Positions 33,127-43,598 of a stretch of DNA of 64,000 nt are shown in pieces. The position numbers and the translations under genes are program-made. The DNA comes from an uncultured Gemmatimonadaceae bacterium (GTDB lineage Bacteria; Gemmatimonadota; Gemmatimonadetes; Gemmatimonadales; Gemmatimonadaceae). The stretch is taken from the NCBI GenBank assembly GCA_963740355.1, contig CAVUDW010000003.1:256001-320000 (forward strand), read 5' to 3'. The first letter of the stretch is position 1; every line of letters begins with the position of its first letter. The notes under the pieces were generated by a model that saw nothing but the letters and a program-made list of their open reading frames with translations, did no database searches and was not told where the DNA came from.

Positions 33127-35130
33127 ATGCTGACTGCGGTCCGACAACTGGCGGCAGCCGACTTCATCGCGTTGGTCACCTGGGTTGGTGATGACGTGCT
33201 CGAACTGACGGAGAGCGATCCGTGGTTGCTCCCCACGCAAGCGCTGCGAGCGCCGCTCCCATGGTTCGATGATCCAGCTGGTGCGGTGTTCGAGTCGAAC
33301 ACACCGCGCCGCCTGCTGCCGTCAGCCGTCCTGTTGGCGCTCCCACAGCCGCCGGCGGCGGTGTGTATCGTGCACAGCCCCGTCACGGGTGACGGCTCGC
33401 GCGGCCCCTCGCTGGTGCTGGTGTGGCTGGAGGGCGATTCCGTCCCGCTCACCATTCGTTCCGATCCGAAATTCCTGCAGCACCTGCTGGTGGGTCGGGC
33501 ACCGAAGAGCCGCAGCGGCTTGCCCATCGAGGCAGTGCGCCTGGATGTGATCATGGCGCACGTTCCGCAGGGCATCGTGTTCGTGGATGAGACGCGCAGC
33601 GAAGCCGTGGTCAACACCGCTGCCGGCCAGTTGCTCAATGTTCCGGCAGGCCGCACCACCCGGCTCGAGCTGAGCGACGCGATGCAGCAACTGTTTTCCC
33701 GGCTCAAGAACCAGGAGTTCGTGCGGCAGGAGGTGACCCGCATCGCCACCGATCCCGAAGCGCGGATCGACGACTGGAGCTGGGAGCTGGAGGGGGCCAA
33801 CGGCGCTGACAGCGTGACGCTGCGGGTCATGAGTGTTCCGCTCATGGGTGACGTCGGTCGCGGACGCCTGTGGACCTTCGACGATGTCTCCCGCGAGCGT
33901 GCGCTGCTCCGCCAGTTGTCGCGTGCCCGCGTGTTCGAGGAGAAGCTGCGGCAGGTCCAGAAACTGGAATTGGTGGGTCGGCTGGCCGCGAGCGTCGCCC
34001 ACGATTTCAACAACCTGCTCACCATCATCGGCGGCAGTGCCGAGATGTTGCAGGATGCACCGCTGGATGCCGATCGTCGTGCCGACCTGCACAACATCGA
34101 GCACGCCACCGACCGCGCACGTCGCCTCACGCGACAGCTCTTGACGTTCACGCGCCAGCAGGTCGAGCAGAGCGTCTCCTTCGCGCTCGATGTGAGGCTG
34201 CGCGAGACGTCCTCCTTGCTCAATCGGGTGTTGGCACCCTCCGGCACTTTGGCGCTGGAACTGGGCGCCGACGGGGCGCACGTATACGCCGATCCGAGCC
34301 AGATCGAGCTGGCCCTGCTCAACTTGCTGGCGAATGCACGCGACGCGATGCCGGAAGGCGGTGCCGTACGCCTGACCACGCAGATCGAGCACCTGACCGG
34401 TGAACGGGTGAACGGCTCGCCCAATCCCCTCGCCGGCACACACGTCGCCATCACCGTGCGCGACACCGGCGCAGGTATCGACGAGACGACGCTGACGCAC
34501 ATGTTCGAGCCGTTTTTCACCACCAAGCCGGCCGGCCAGGGGACGGGACTCGGCTTGGCGACCGTGCTCTCGATCGCACAGCGCGCGGGCGGTGGAGTGC
34601 GCTGCGAAAGTCGGGTCGGTTTCGGCACCGCATTCACGATCCTGTTGCCGCGCGCGAACAGCCTCGAGTTAGGCGTGCCGACGACCGACGGCATCGCGGC
34701 GCCGCCAGCGCTGCCGCCACAGGAGTTCGTGCTGCTCGTCGACGACGATCCTGGGCCTCGTGACACGCTGCGTCGGCTTCTCGCGCACGATGGATTCCAC
34801 GTCGAGGTCGCTGACTCCGGCGCGGCCGCGTTGCAGATTCTCGACGCCCGCGGCGACGACGCCTTGGCGCTGGTGACCGACTATATGATGCCGCACATGT
34901 CCGGCCGCGAACTGCTCGTCCGGGTGCGTGAGCGCTGGCCTGCCCTCCCCGCGATCGTGATCTCCGGATTCGCGGCCGACGACGTGACCACCGATTTTCT
35001 TGCGCGCGTGAATGCGGCCTTTCTCTCCAAGCCCTTCAGCGGTCGGGAGTTATCGGCTGCGATCCGGCTGCAGATGGCGGAGACGACCGGGAGCACCGCA
35101 GGGACGCGACCGCGCGCGAATCCGGGCTGA
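33127..35130 (+). CDS. hybrid sensor histidine kinase/response regulator (PAS-like, HisKA, HATPase, REC)
   Basis: [46 protein letters not shown]...TDYMMP...KPF. Confidence 0.92.
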   Translation: MLTAVRQLAAADFIALVTWVGDDVLELTESDPWLLPTQALRAPLPWFDDPAGAVFESNTPRRLLPSAVLLALPQPPAAVCIVHSPVTGDGSRGPSLVLVWLEGDSVPLTIRSDPKFLQHLLVGRAPKSRSGLPIEAVRLDVIMAHVPQGIVFVDETRSEAVVNTAAGQLLNVPAGRTTRLELSDAMQQLFSRLKNQEFVRQEVTRIATDPEARIDDWSWELEGANGADSVTLRVMSVPLMGDVGRGRLWTFDDVSRERALLRQLSRARVFEEKLRQVQKLELVGRLAASVAHDFNNLLTIIGGSAEMLQDAPLDADRRADLHNIEHATDRARRLTRQLLTFTRQQVEQSVSFALDVRLRETSSLLNRVLAPSGTLALELGADGAHVYADPSQIELALLNLLANARDAMPEGGAVRLTTQIEHLTGERVNGSPNPLAGTHVAITVRDTGAGIDETTLTHMFEPFFTTKPAGQGTGLGLATVLSIAQRAGGGVRCESRVGFGTAFTILLPRANSLELGVPTTDGIAAPPALPPQEFVLLVDDDPGPRDTLRRLLAHDGFHVEVADSGAAALQILDARGDDALALVTDYMMPHMSGRELLVRVRERWPALPAIVISGFAADDVTTDFLARVNAAFLSKPFSGRELSAAIRLQMAETTGSTAGTRPRANPG

Positions 35131-35191
35131 TCCAGAAGTGACTATCGTTGGGGAGACGTGCCTTGCCGCGCCACTCCCACACACCGACGAC

Positions 35192-37930
35192 GTGACTGCA
35201 CATCCGGACGAGGCTCTCGATCAGGACATCAGGCTGCTGGGCCGACACCTCGGCGACCTGATCGCCGAACAGGCGGGGCCCGAGGTGTTCGACCTCGTCG
35301 AATCGATGCGGCGCGAGGCGGTGCAAGCTCGGCGCGCGGGCGGCGACGCAACATCGGTCATCGATGGCCTGCTGGCGGGTGTGTCACTCGACACCGCGAT
35401 CATCCTGATTCGCGCGTTCAGCTGGTTTTCGCTGCTCGCGAACATTGCGGAGGACGTGCATCACGCGCGTCGGCGGCGACATCATCGTGAGTCCGGGTCG
35501 CCGGCGCGGCCCGGCACGCTCGACCACACGGTGTCTGCGTTGCAGGCGTCCGGCCTCGACGACGACCAGATCGTGGCCACGCTCGCCGGCGTGCAAGTCA
35601 GCCCCGTGCTCACCGCGCATCCCACCGAGGTGCGTCGCAAGACGATCCTCGATACACAGCGTCGCATTGCGGAACTGCTGGTAGAGCGCGATCGCATGCG
35701 GATGAATGCAGACGAGGAGCGCGACTGGGATTTTTCGCTGCGCCTGCAGGTGCTCACACTGTGGCAGACGTCACTGCTGCGACTGGCGAAACTCCGCGCG
35801 CGTGACGAGATCGCCGAGGCGCTGCGCTACTACGACCTGACACTCTTTCAGGTGTTGCCCGCATTGCAGCTGGCGGTGCAGGAACAGGTCGATGCCCTGG
35901 CGCCTGGTCACGCTCCGCGCGCCCTGCCCGTGGTGCGCATGGGTTCCTGGATCGGTGGCGATCGCGATGGCAATCCCTTCGTGACCGCCGAGGTGCTGCA
36001 GATGGCGGTCGACCGGCAAGCGACGACGGCACTGTCACATCACCTGAACGCGGTGTTCCAGTTGTCGCTGGAGCTCTCGATGTCGCTCCGCCTCATCACG
36101 CCGACGGATGAACTGCTGGCGCTTGCCGACAGGTCAGGTGACGACTCACCCTTCCGCGCGGATGAGCCGTACCGTCGCGCGTTGCGTGGGGTGCACGCGC
36201 GGCTCCACGCCACGGCGAAGGCGACGCTGGGCGTGGCGCTCGGCCGCGCGCCGCATAAGGAGTTGGCCCCGTATAACACGCCAGCCGAACTGTCGCAGGA
36301 TCTCGCGATCATCGAACAGTCGTTGCACTCCCATGGAGCGGGTGCACTCGCCGACGCGCGCGTCGAGCCGATCCGGAGCGCCGTCGAGCTGTTCGGTTTT
36401 CATCTCTGCACACTCGACCTGCGCCAGAATAGCGATGTCCACGTGCGCGTCGTGGATGAATTGCTGCGATGTGCCGGCGTGGTGTCCAACTACGCCGAAC
36501 TGACCGACGCTGAGCAGGTGGTGATCCTGCGTCGCGAGCTCGCGACACCGCGACCGCTGGTCAGCCCTGCAGTGTCGTACAGCGAGCTGACGAAAGGCGA
36601 ACTGGCGATCCTCAACACTGCGGCACGCGCCATCGATCGCTTTGGCTCCGGCGTGATCGGGCACTACGTCATCTCGAAGTGTCAGTCTGTCAGCGACATG
36701 CTTGAAGTGGCGATCCTGTTGCGCGAGGCCGGCCTGTTCTTTCCCGGCGACTCACCGCGACTGGCAGTGGACATCGTGCCACTGTTCGAGACCATCGAGG
36801 ATCTCGAGTTGGCGGCGGGAACCCTGACTGAGCTGTTCGCCATTCCCGAATACCGTCAGTGGATTCGCAGTGTGCGTGGCGACCTGCAGGAAGTCATGCT
36901 CGGCTACTCCGACAGCAACAAGGACGGCGGGTACCTGACCGCCAACTGGGCGATCTATCGGGCACAGGCAGAGATCGTGGCCGTGATGCACGCTACCGGA
37001 GTACGTCTGCGGTTTTTCCATGGTCGTGGCGGTACAGTGGGACGCGGTGGTGGGCCGAGCTACGACGCCGTGCTGGCGCAGCCACCAGGCGCGGTGGATG
37101 GCTCGCTTCGACTCACCGAACAGGGCGAAGTCATCGCGGCGCGGTATGCCGATCGCGACCAGGCGCGACGCAGTCTCGAGGCACTCGTCTCGGCGACGGC
37201 CATCGCCACTGCGCATGGCGTCATGCCCCACCCCACCGATCCGACGTTCGCCGCGGCGATGGACGAATTGTCCGCGCTTTCGTTCGCGGAGTACCGGAAC
37301 CTTGTGTACGAGACACCTGGCTTCGTGCCGCTGTTTCGGGCGATCACGCCGATCCGGGAGATCAGCACACTCAACGTCGGCAGCCGTCCCGCGTCACGGA
37401 CTACATCGGAGCGTATCGAGGATCTGCGCGCCATTCCCTGGGTCTTCAGCTGGAGCCAGTGTCGCATCCTGCTGCCCGGTTGGTACGGCGCCGGGGCCGC
37501 GTTCGACGCCTGGGCAACGGATGATGCGCGCGTGGCACTGTTGCAGCGCATGTACCGCGACTGGCCGTTCTTCCGTACCACGCTGTCGAACATGGGCATG
37601 GTGCTGGCCAAGAGTGACCTGGCGATCGCCGCGCGCTACCTCACGCTGGCGCCTGACGCCGAGTTCGCTGACGTCGCGTTCGCGCGGATCAGCCAGGAGC
37701 ATGCGCGGGCCGTCGCGTGGGTGGAGCGCATTACCGGTGCCCCGTTGCTGGGGGACAATCCGTCACTCGCGCGCAGCATCCGGAACCGTTTCCCGTATCT
37801 CGATCCACTCCACTCGCTGCAAGTGTCGCTGCTGCGTCAGCTGCGCAGCGGTGACGAGGACGCTCGACTCGTTCGGATCATCCAGCTGACGCTCAACGGA
37901 GTGGCGGCGGGGCTGCGGAACAGCGGCTGA
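35192..37930 (+). CDS. ppc: phosphoenolpyruvate carboxylase
   Basis: VLTAHPTE, WIGGDRDGNPFVT, EVMLGYSDSNKDGG, FHGRGGTVGRGGGP, LRAIPWVFSWSQ, C-terminal LRNSG; GTG start at 35192 inferred. Confidence 0.97.
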   Translation: MTAHPDEALDQDIRLLGRHLGDLIAEQAGPEVFDLVESMRREAVQARRAGGDATSVIDGLLAGVSLDTAIILIRAFSWFSLLANIAEDVHHARRRRHHRESGSPARPGTLDHTVSALQASGLDDDQIVATLAGVQVSPVLTAHPTEVRRKTILDTQRRIAELLVERDRMRMNADEERDWDFSLRLQVLTLWQTSLLRLAKLRARDEIAEALRYYDLTLFQVLPALQLAVQEQVDALAPGHAPRALPVVRMGSWIGGDRDGNPFVTAEVLQMAVDRQATTALSHHLNAVFQLSLELSMSLRLITPTDELLALADRSGDDSPFRADEPYRRALRGVHARLHATAKATLGVALGRAPHKELAPYNTPAELSQDLAIIEQSLHSHGAGALADARVEPIRSAVELFGFHLCTLDLRQNSDVHVRVVDELLRCAGVVSNYAELTDAEQVVILRRELATPRPLVSPAVSYSELTKGELAILNTAARAIDRFGSGVIGHYVISKCQSVSDMLEVAILLREAGLFFPGDSPRLAVDIVPLFETIEDLELAAGTLTELFAIPEYRQWIRSVRGDLQEVMLGYSDSNKDGGYLTANWAIYRAQAEIVAVMHATGVRLRFFHGRGGTVGRGGGPSYDAVLAQPPGAVDGSLRLTEQGEVIAARYADRDQARRSLEALVSATAIATAHGVMPHPTDPTFAAAMDELSALSFAEYRNLVYETPGFVPLFRAITPIREISTLNVGSRPASRTTSERIEDLRAIPWVFSWSQCRILLPGWYGAGAAFDAWATDDARVALLQRMYRDWPFFRTTLSNMGMVLAKSDLAIAARYLTLAPDAEFADVAFARISQEHARAVAWVERITGAPLLGDNPSLARSIRNRFPYLDPLHSLQVSLLRQLRSGDEDARLVRIIQLTLNGVAAGLRNSG

Positions 37931-38116
37931 GTGCGCAACGACTAAGGGTGCGCCACTGTGTGTGATATGTGTGACACCAATGCAACATGAGCGGTGGCAC
38001 ATGTGGGCAATCTTGGGTACGCGATGGCATTTGTCCGCGTGGGGGACTCTATTGCCGTAGCACGCGCGGCGCCGTGAACGGCGCTGCGGTCCAATCTGGA
38101 CGGTGCGTACTCCTCT

Positions 38117-40738
38117 GTGAGCGAGTTCGACGTGCGCACCGCAGTACCAGCCATCCCTGTTGTCGGGATCGGCGCTTCCGCTGGAGGGCTCGACGCCCTC
38201 GAGCGATTCTTCCGCAACGTCCCGGTGCCATCCGGGCTCGCCTTCGTCGTGGTCCAGCATCTGGATCCGACACACAAGGCGCTGCTCGCAGAGCTGCTCC
38301 AGCACGTCACAAGCATGCCAGTGACGCAAGTTCGGAGTCGCACACGCGTGAAGGCGGATTCGGTGTACGTCATCCCGCCGAACAAGGAACTGACGCTCGA
38401 AGGCGGGGCGCTGCACCTGCATGATCCAGTCGCCCAGCGCGGCCATCGGCTACCGATCGATGTCTTTTTCGCATCGCTGGCACTGAACTCAGCCGAACAC
38501 GGAGTGGGTGTGGTGCTGTCGGGCATGGGGCATGACGGCACGGCGGGAATGCGCGCGATCAAGGAGCACGCCGGTGCGGCATTCGTCCAGGAGCCCACGA
38601 CGGCCAAGTTCGCTGCCATGCCGTCGAGTGTGATTGCGGCCGGGCTGGCCGACATGATCGCGCCGCCAGAGGAATTGCCCGCCCTGATCGTGGCGCACCT
38701 CGCCCGCGCTCCCGGCGCCCGAACGACACGGCCAGCGCTGACCGTGGTCGGACGCCTGACAGGCCTCGACCGCATCCTCGTAGTGCTGCGAGAGCGTACC
38801 GGACACGATTTCTCGCTCTACAAGCAGAGCACGATCCACCGCCGCATCGAACGTCGGATGGCGCTCCACCACATCGACGCGCTGGACGCATACGAGCGTT
38901 TCATACAGGCGACGCCGGATGAAGTACACTCGCTCTTCAAGGAACTCCTGATCGGCGTCACGAACTTCTTTCGCGACCCGGATACGTGGAACCAGCTTTC
39001 GCAGGAGATCGTGCCAGCGCTGATCGATGCGCGCCCGGTGGGTACGGCCGTGCGCTGCTGGGTGGTCGGCACGGCGACCGGCGAAGAGGCCTATTCCCTC
39101 GCGATCACTCTTGCCGAAGTGATGGAGAAGCGGACGGCGCACCCGCACGCGGTCAAGATTTTTGCGACTGACCTCGACGGTGCCGCCATCGAGAAGGCGC
39201 GCGCCGGGATCTATCCACCGACGATCGCAGCCGATGTTTCGCCGGAGCGATTGCATCGCTGGTTTTCCGACGCGCCCCCGGGCTATCAGGTTGCCAAGCG
39301 GATCCGGGAGATGGTGATCTTCGCGCAGCACAACGTGATCATGGATCCCCCGTTCACACGCGTCGATCTCGTGTCGTGCCGAAACCTGCTCATCTATCTC
39401 ACCGAACCGTTGCAGCAACAGATACTCCAGCTCTTTCACTACGCATTGAATCCAGGTGGCACGCTCGTTCTTGGCAGTTCCGAAACGATCGGCGCGGCCA
39501 CACACCTCTTTGCGCCGATCGACGGACCATCGCGGATCTATCGCCGGCTCGATGTCGTCGCGCCAGCGGTGCCGCACCTTGTGGCGTTCACACCACCGGT
39601 GATCGCGTCCAAGGCATCGGCCGGCGTCTCCACACGGCAGCACTATTCACTTCAGGGTGATGTCGAGCGACTGCTGCTCGCGCAATTTGCGCCCGTCGCT
39701 GTCCTGACGAATCGCAAGGGTGACATCATCTTCGTGAGCGGTGATACCTCACCGTATCTCCGATCGGTCTCGGGGAGCAGCGCTTGGAACGTCTTCGCGA
39801 TGTCGAGCGACGGGATGCGTGATGCAATCAGCGAGGGATTCCGGGAGGCGCTGCTCGCGGCCAGCCCGGTCACACGCGTGCATCGCGATTCGGCTGAGGC
39901 ACACGCTGTCAACATTCGCGTCCAGGCCGTGCGGGAACCGCTGTCGTTGAAGGGCACCCTCCTGGTCGCCTTCACCGACGACTCTGTGTCGCCAGGCCCG
40001 CAGCGCGCCACACGAGTCACGGCGGCAGCGAAGACGCGCATCGCGGACCTCGAAGCGCAGTTGAATGCGGGGCGACTGGAGATCCAGACGCATCGTGAGC
40101 ACACACAAAGCACCAATGAGGAAGCCAGTGCGGCGAACGAGGAATTGCAGTCGACGAACGAGGAACTGCAATCGACCAATGAGGAGCTGACGACGTCGAA
40201 GGAAGAAATGCAGTCGATGAACGAGGAACTGCAGACACTCAACCGTGAGCTCGAGACGCGCGTCGACGACCTGTCACGACTCACGAACGACATGAAGAAC
40301 CTCATTGACAGCACCGAAATCGCGATCGTCTTTCTCGACCTCCACCTGCACATCCGGCTCTTCACCGCTGGCTCGACAAAGATGTTCCGGCTCATCCCTG
40401 GTGACATTGGCCGCCCGCTCACCGACCTGGCCTCATTGGTGATCTACGCGGACCTGGCCTCGGATGCGCGCGAGGTCCTGCGCACCCTGGTCGCGACGCA
40501 GCGTGAATCGGAGACCCTGGACAGGCGCTGGTGTCTCGTGCGCATCATGCCGTACCGCACACTGGACAACCGGATCGATGGCGTGACGATCACCTTCTCG
40601 GATATCACCGCGTCAAAGGCGCTGGAAGAGGCACTGCGTACGACGCAGGCCGGCCTGGAGCAACGGATCGTCGTGCAGGATCAGCAGCTCCAGGATACGA
40701 GCGGCACCGCTGGGCGCCCGGTGGAGCGCGCGACGTGA
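38117..40738 (+). CDS. CheB-CheR fusion with PAS and coiled-coil domains
   Basis: CheB triad GASAGG / VQHL / GMGHDG; CheR LLIGVTNFFRD, TGEEAYS, SCRNLLIY; NEELQST heptads; C-terminal PAS. Confidence 0.93.
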   Translation: MSEFDVRTAVPAIPVVGIGASAGGLDALERFFRNVPVPSGLAFVVVQHLDPTHKALLAELLQHVTSMPVTQVRSRTRVKADSVYVIPPNKELTLEGGALHLHDPVAQRGHRLPIDVFFASLALNSAEHGVGVVLSGMGHDGTAGMRAIKEHAGAAFVQEPTTAKFAAMPSSVIAAGLADMIAPPEELPALIVAHLARAPGARTTRPALTVVGRLTGLDRILVVLRERTGHDFSLYKQSTIHRRIERRMALHHIDALDAYERFIQATPDEVHSLFKELLIGVTNFFRDPDTWNQLSQEIVPALIDARPVGTAVRCWVVGTATGEEAYSLAITLAEVMEKRTAHPHAVKIFATDLDGAAIEKARAGIYPPTIAADVSPERLHRWFSDAPPGYQVAKRIREMVIFAQHNVIMDPPFTRVDLVSCRNLLIYLTEPLQQQILQLFHYALNPGGTLVLGSSETIGAATHLFAPIDGPSRIYRRLDVVAPAVPHLVAFTPPVIASKASAGVSTRQHYSLQGDVERLLLAQFAPVAVLTNRKGDIIFVSGDTSPYLRSVSGSSAWNVFAMSSDGMRDAISEGFREALLAASPVTRVHRDSAEAHAVNIRVQAVREPLSLKGTLLVAFTDDSVSPGPQRATRVTAAAKTRIADLEAQLNAGRLEIQTHREHTQSTNEEASAANEELQSTNEELQSTNEELTTSKEEMQSMNEELQTLNRELETRVDDLSRLTNDMKNLIDSTEIAIVFLDLHLHIRLFTAGSTKMFRLIPGDIGRPLTDLASLVIYADLASDAREVLRTLVATQRESETLDRRWCLVRIMPYRTLDNRIDGVTITFSDITASKALEEALRTTQAGLEQRIVVQDQQLQDTSGTAGRPVERAT

Positions 40739-42834
40739 AGCCGCGTCGCCCGACGGGCAGCGGTGACGCGCAACTTCGACAGCTGGCGGAGCGGCAACTG
40801 GCGCCGGTGGCGGGCACAGGCGAAACGGAAGGGAGAGAGATGGAGCGCCTGGTGCACGAACTCCAGGTGCACCAAATCGAGCTCGAGCTGCAGAACGAGG
40901 AGCTCCGATCAGCGCGCGATGAAGCCGATGCGCTGCTAACGCAATTCACCGAATTGTATGACTTCGCACCGGTCGGATACCTGTCCGTGAACGAAGCTGG
41001 CGTGGTGACGCAGGCGAACCGCGCCATCGGCCAACTGCTCCAGATCGAGCGATCGCCCTTGATTGGTCGGCGATTCGGGCTCCTGCTGCAGGAAGCGGAT
41101 CGCGTTGCCTTCAGTGACTTTCTCCGCGGCATCTTCACCGGCACGCCACAGAAGCCGATGGAGCTTTCGCTCGAGGGCGACACGGGCACCTCACACTGGT
41201 GTCGGCTCGAGGCGACCCTTCCCCCTGGCGCCGCCGAGTGCCACATAACGGCCACGGACCTGACGGAGCGGCGCGCCGCTGAAACCGGTTTGCTCCAGGC
41301 AGAACAGTTCGCACGGGATGCCCTCGACGCCCTTTCGGCCAACATCGCGATCATCGATGGCAGCGGCACGATCATTCGCGTCAACCAGGGATGGACTGAC
41401 TTTGCGATCGCCAACGGCGCCACGCCGCAGAATGTCGGCATCGGCCGCAACTATTTCGACGTGTCGATGGCGAAAACAGATGTCTCGCGGCTCTCGGCGG
41501 AGGGCTTGGTGGCTGGCATCAACGCGGTCTTGTCCGATGACCTGCCGGAATATCAGTTCGAGTACCCCTGTCACTCACCGGATGAAGAGCGGTGGTTCTC
41601 GGTGCGCGCGACACGATTCACCGACCATGGTGCGCCATGCGCGATCGTGGCGCATCAGGACATCACGGCCCGCATCCAGCTGCAGACGCAGCTGCTGCAC
41701 GCGCAGAAGATGGAGATCGTGGGCCAACTCGCCGGCGGCATCGCCCATGACTTCAACAACCTGCTGACGGTGATCAACGGTGTCGCCGAGCTCGCGCTTA
41801 CGGCAACCGAGCCTGGCACGCCCCTCGAACGCGACCTGGTCGACATCGCCAGCGCCGGGCAGCGCGCAGCGCGGTTAACGCGGCAGCTTCTCGCCTTCAG
41901 CCGGAAGCAGGTGATGTCCTTCGAAACCGTTGCGGTCGACGAGGTGGTGTTGAACTTGCGCAGCCTGTTGCAGCGCCTGGTCGGCGACGACATCACACTC
42001 GAGATCGAGTGCGACGCGGAGACTGGAAGCGCACTCGTGGACGCGAACCAGCTGGAGCAGGTGGTGATGAACCTCGTCATCAACGCACACGACGCCATGC
42101 CGGATGGTGGCATCCTCAGCATTCGCACCGGCAAGCTCGTCCTCGATGATTCGAGGGAGTCGGCACGGTGGCAGCTGCCTCCGGGACCCTATCTATCGAT
42201 CAGGATCAGCGACACCGGAACTGGAATGACCGCTGCGGTTCGCGAGCGAATTTTCGAGCCGTTCTTCACCACCAAGGAGATCGGGCGAGGGACGGGCCTC
42301 GGCCTGTCGACCGTGCAGGGAATCGTGGCGCAGAGTCAGGGGAGCATTTCGGTCGAAAGCACCCTAGGCGTCGGCACTGATTTCTGCATCCTCCTTCCGC
42401 GGGTGGAGCCGATGGCACCGACGAAGACGATGCCACCAGTCGGCCTCGAGTCTGGCGGCCGCGGAACGATCCTGATCGTCGAGGACGAGTCCGCCGTGCG
42501 ACGCATTGCCGAGCGCGTGCTTCTCCGCGATGGCTACGCTGTCCTGTCCGCAGCCAGCGGCGAAAGCGCACTCGAGATGCTGGCGCTGCACAGCGGCGCA
42601 GTGGACCTCATGCTCACGGACATGCGGATGCCAGGGATGAGCGGCGCGGAGCTGGCGGCGGAAGCGCGCGCACGCTTTCCAGCATTGCGGGTGGTCTTTG
42701 CGTCCGGCAATAGCGCCAACTCTCTCGATACGGAATTCAGCTCTCCGGCGCCGGAGTTCTTCCTCGGAAAGCCATACCTCTCCGCGCAGCTGCTGCACGT
42801 CGTCCGTGCCGCCCTGCTCTCCCCGCCCCGATAG
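40735..42834 (+). CDS. PAS-PAS hybrid sensor histidine kinase/response regulator
   Basis: [61 protein letters not shown] overlaps cheBR stop. Confidence 0.92.
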   Translation: MKPRRPTGSGDAQLRQLAERQLAPVAGTGETEGREMERLVHELQVHQIELELQNEELRSARDEADALLTQFTELYDFAPVGYLSVNEAGVVTQANRAIGQLLQIERSPLIGRRFGLLLQEADRVAFSDFLRGIFTGTPQKPMELSLEGDTGTSHWCRLEATLPPGAAECHITATDLTERRAAETGLLQAEQFARDALDALSANIAIIDGSGTIIRVNQGWTDFAIANGATPQNVGIGRNYFDVSMAKTDVSRLSAEGLVAGINAVLSDDLPEYQFEYPCHSPDEERWFSVRATRFTDHGAPCAIVAHQDITARIQLQTQLLHAQKMEIVGQLAGGIAHDFNNLLTVINGVAELALTATEPGTPLERDLVDIASAGQRAARLTRQLLAFSRKQVMSFETVAVDEVVLNLRSLLQRLVGDDITLEIECDAETGSALVDANQLEQVVMNLVINAHDAMPDGGILSIRTGKLVLDDSRESARWQLPPGPYLSIRISDTGTGMTAAVRERIFEPFFTTKEIGRGTGLGLSTVQGIVAQSQGSISVESTLGVGTDFCILLPRVEPMAPTKTMPPVGLESGGRGTILIVEDESAVRRIAERVLLRDGYAVLSAASGESALEMLALHSGAVDLMLTDMRMPGMSGAELAAEARARFPALRVVFASGNSANSLDTEFSSPAPEFFLGKPYLSAQLLHVVRAALLSPPR

Positions 42835-42930
42835 ACCGTCCCGGCGCGGCGTCGAATCGCGCTGACATGTCAGTGCACATGGGTCAGCGTACCCATGTGC
42901 GCCGATCATGCAACATATATTCTCGCAGTG

Positions 42931-43377
42931 ATGCACCGCCCGTTCTGGCTCCGCGCCCTGGTTGCTGTCTGGGGACTCTGGTTCACGACTGCTGTCGTCG
43001 AGCCGGCGGGGTTGTTCGCGTGCGTCAAACACAACGGTCTGGCAGCGGTCGGGCAGCAGGTCGCCAGCAGCGCACCGTCGGCGAGTGGTAGTGGCCACGA
43101 GCACCACGGTGTCACTGCCGACCGTCACACCGCGCACAGCACGGACGCCGCGGTGCCTGACGGCGAGTCGGCGCCGGAGAGCCATGACTGCTGCACCTGC
43201 ATCGGGCACTGCTGCGCCACCGTACCAGTCACGGCACCGCGGCCGACCGTCATCGTCGACGCTGAAATTGCCAGCGAGACGTCGCCACAACCACGTGCCC
43301 CGGAGCCGTTCAGCCCGGGGCGCGTCGCCTACGTCTTGCCATATGCCAACGGTCCGCCGGCCATCGCGCTGAGCTGA
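42931..43377 (+). CDS. Cys/His-rich small protein, DUF2946/CruR-like upstream ORF
   Basis: N-terminal hydrophobic segment, CVKH, GHEHHG, DCCTCIGHCC, C-terminal LPYANGPP; directly upstream of a TonB-dependent receptor. Confidence 0.7.
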   Translation: MHRPFWLRALVAVWGLWFTTAVVEPAGLFACVKHNGLAAVGQQVASSAPSASGSGHEHHGVTADRHTAHSTDAAVPDGESAPESHDCCTCIGHCCATVPVTAPRPTVIVDAEIASETSPQPRAPEPFSPGRVAYVLPYANGPPAIALS

Positions 43378-43598
43378 TCCGCCGTTGCACCGACGCTGGC
43401 CGCACACAGTGGCTTCGCGTCTGCGCCAGCCCAGCCTGGCGCCTCCCACATCTCGTTCTCTGCAATGCCGCGACACCCGTTGGTGCTTCGGGCTGCGCCG
43501 CGCTTGCCGTGCGTTCAAGTCGCACGTCGGTCGCGCGCCCGTCGAGTACCGTCGGTGCGCCGGTGTTGGATTTTCACGCCTCCAATCGACGCCACACC

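Noticed and set aside
40105..40240. Tandem ~21-nt repeats (aacgaggaa.tgcagtcgac)
   Set aside because: In-frame NEELQST heptads of the CheBR coiled coil; no spacers, not CRISPR
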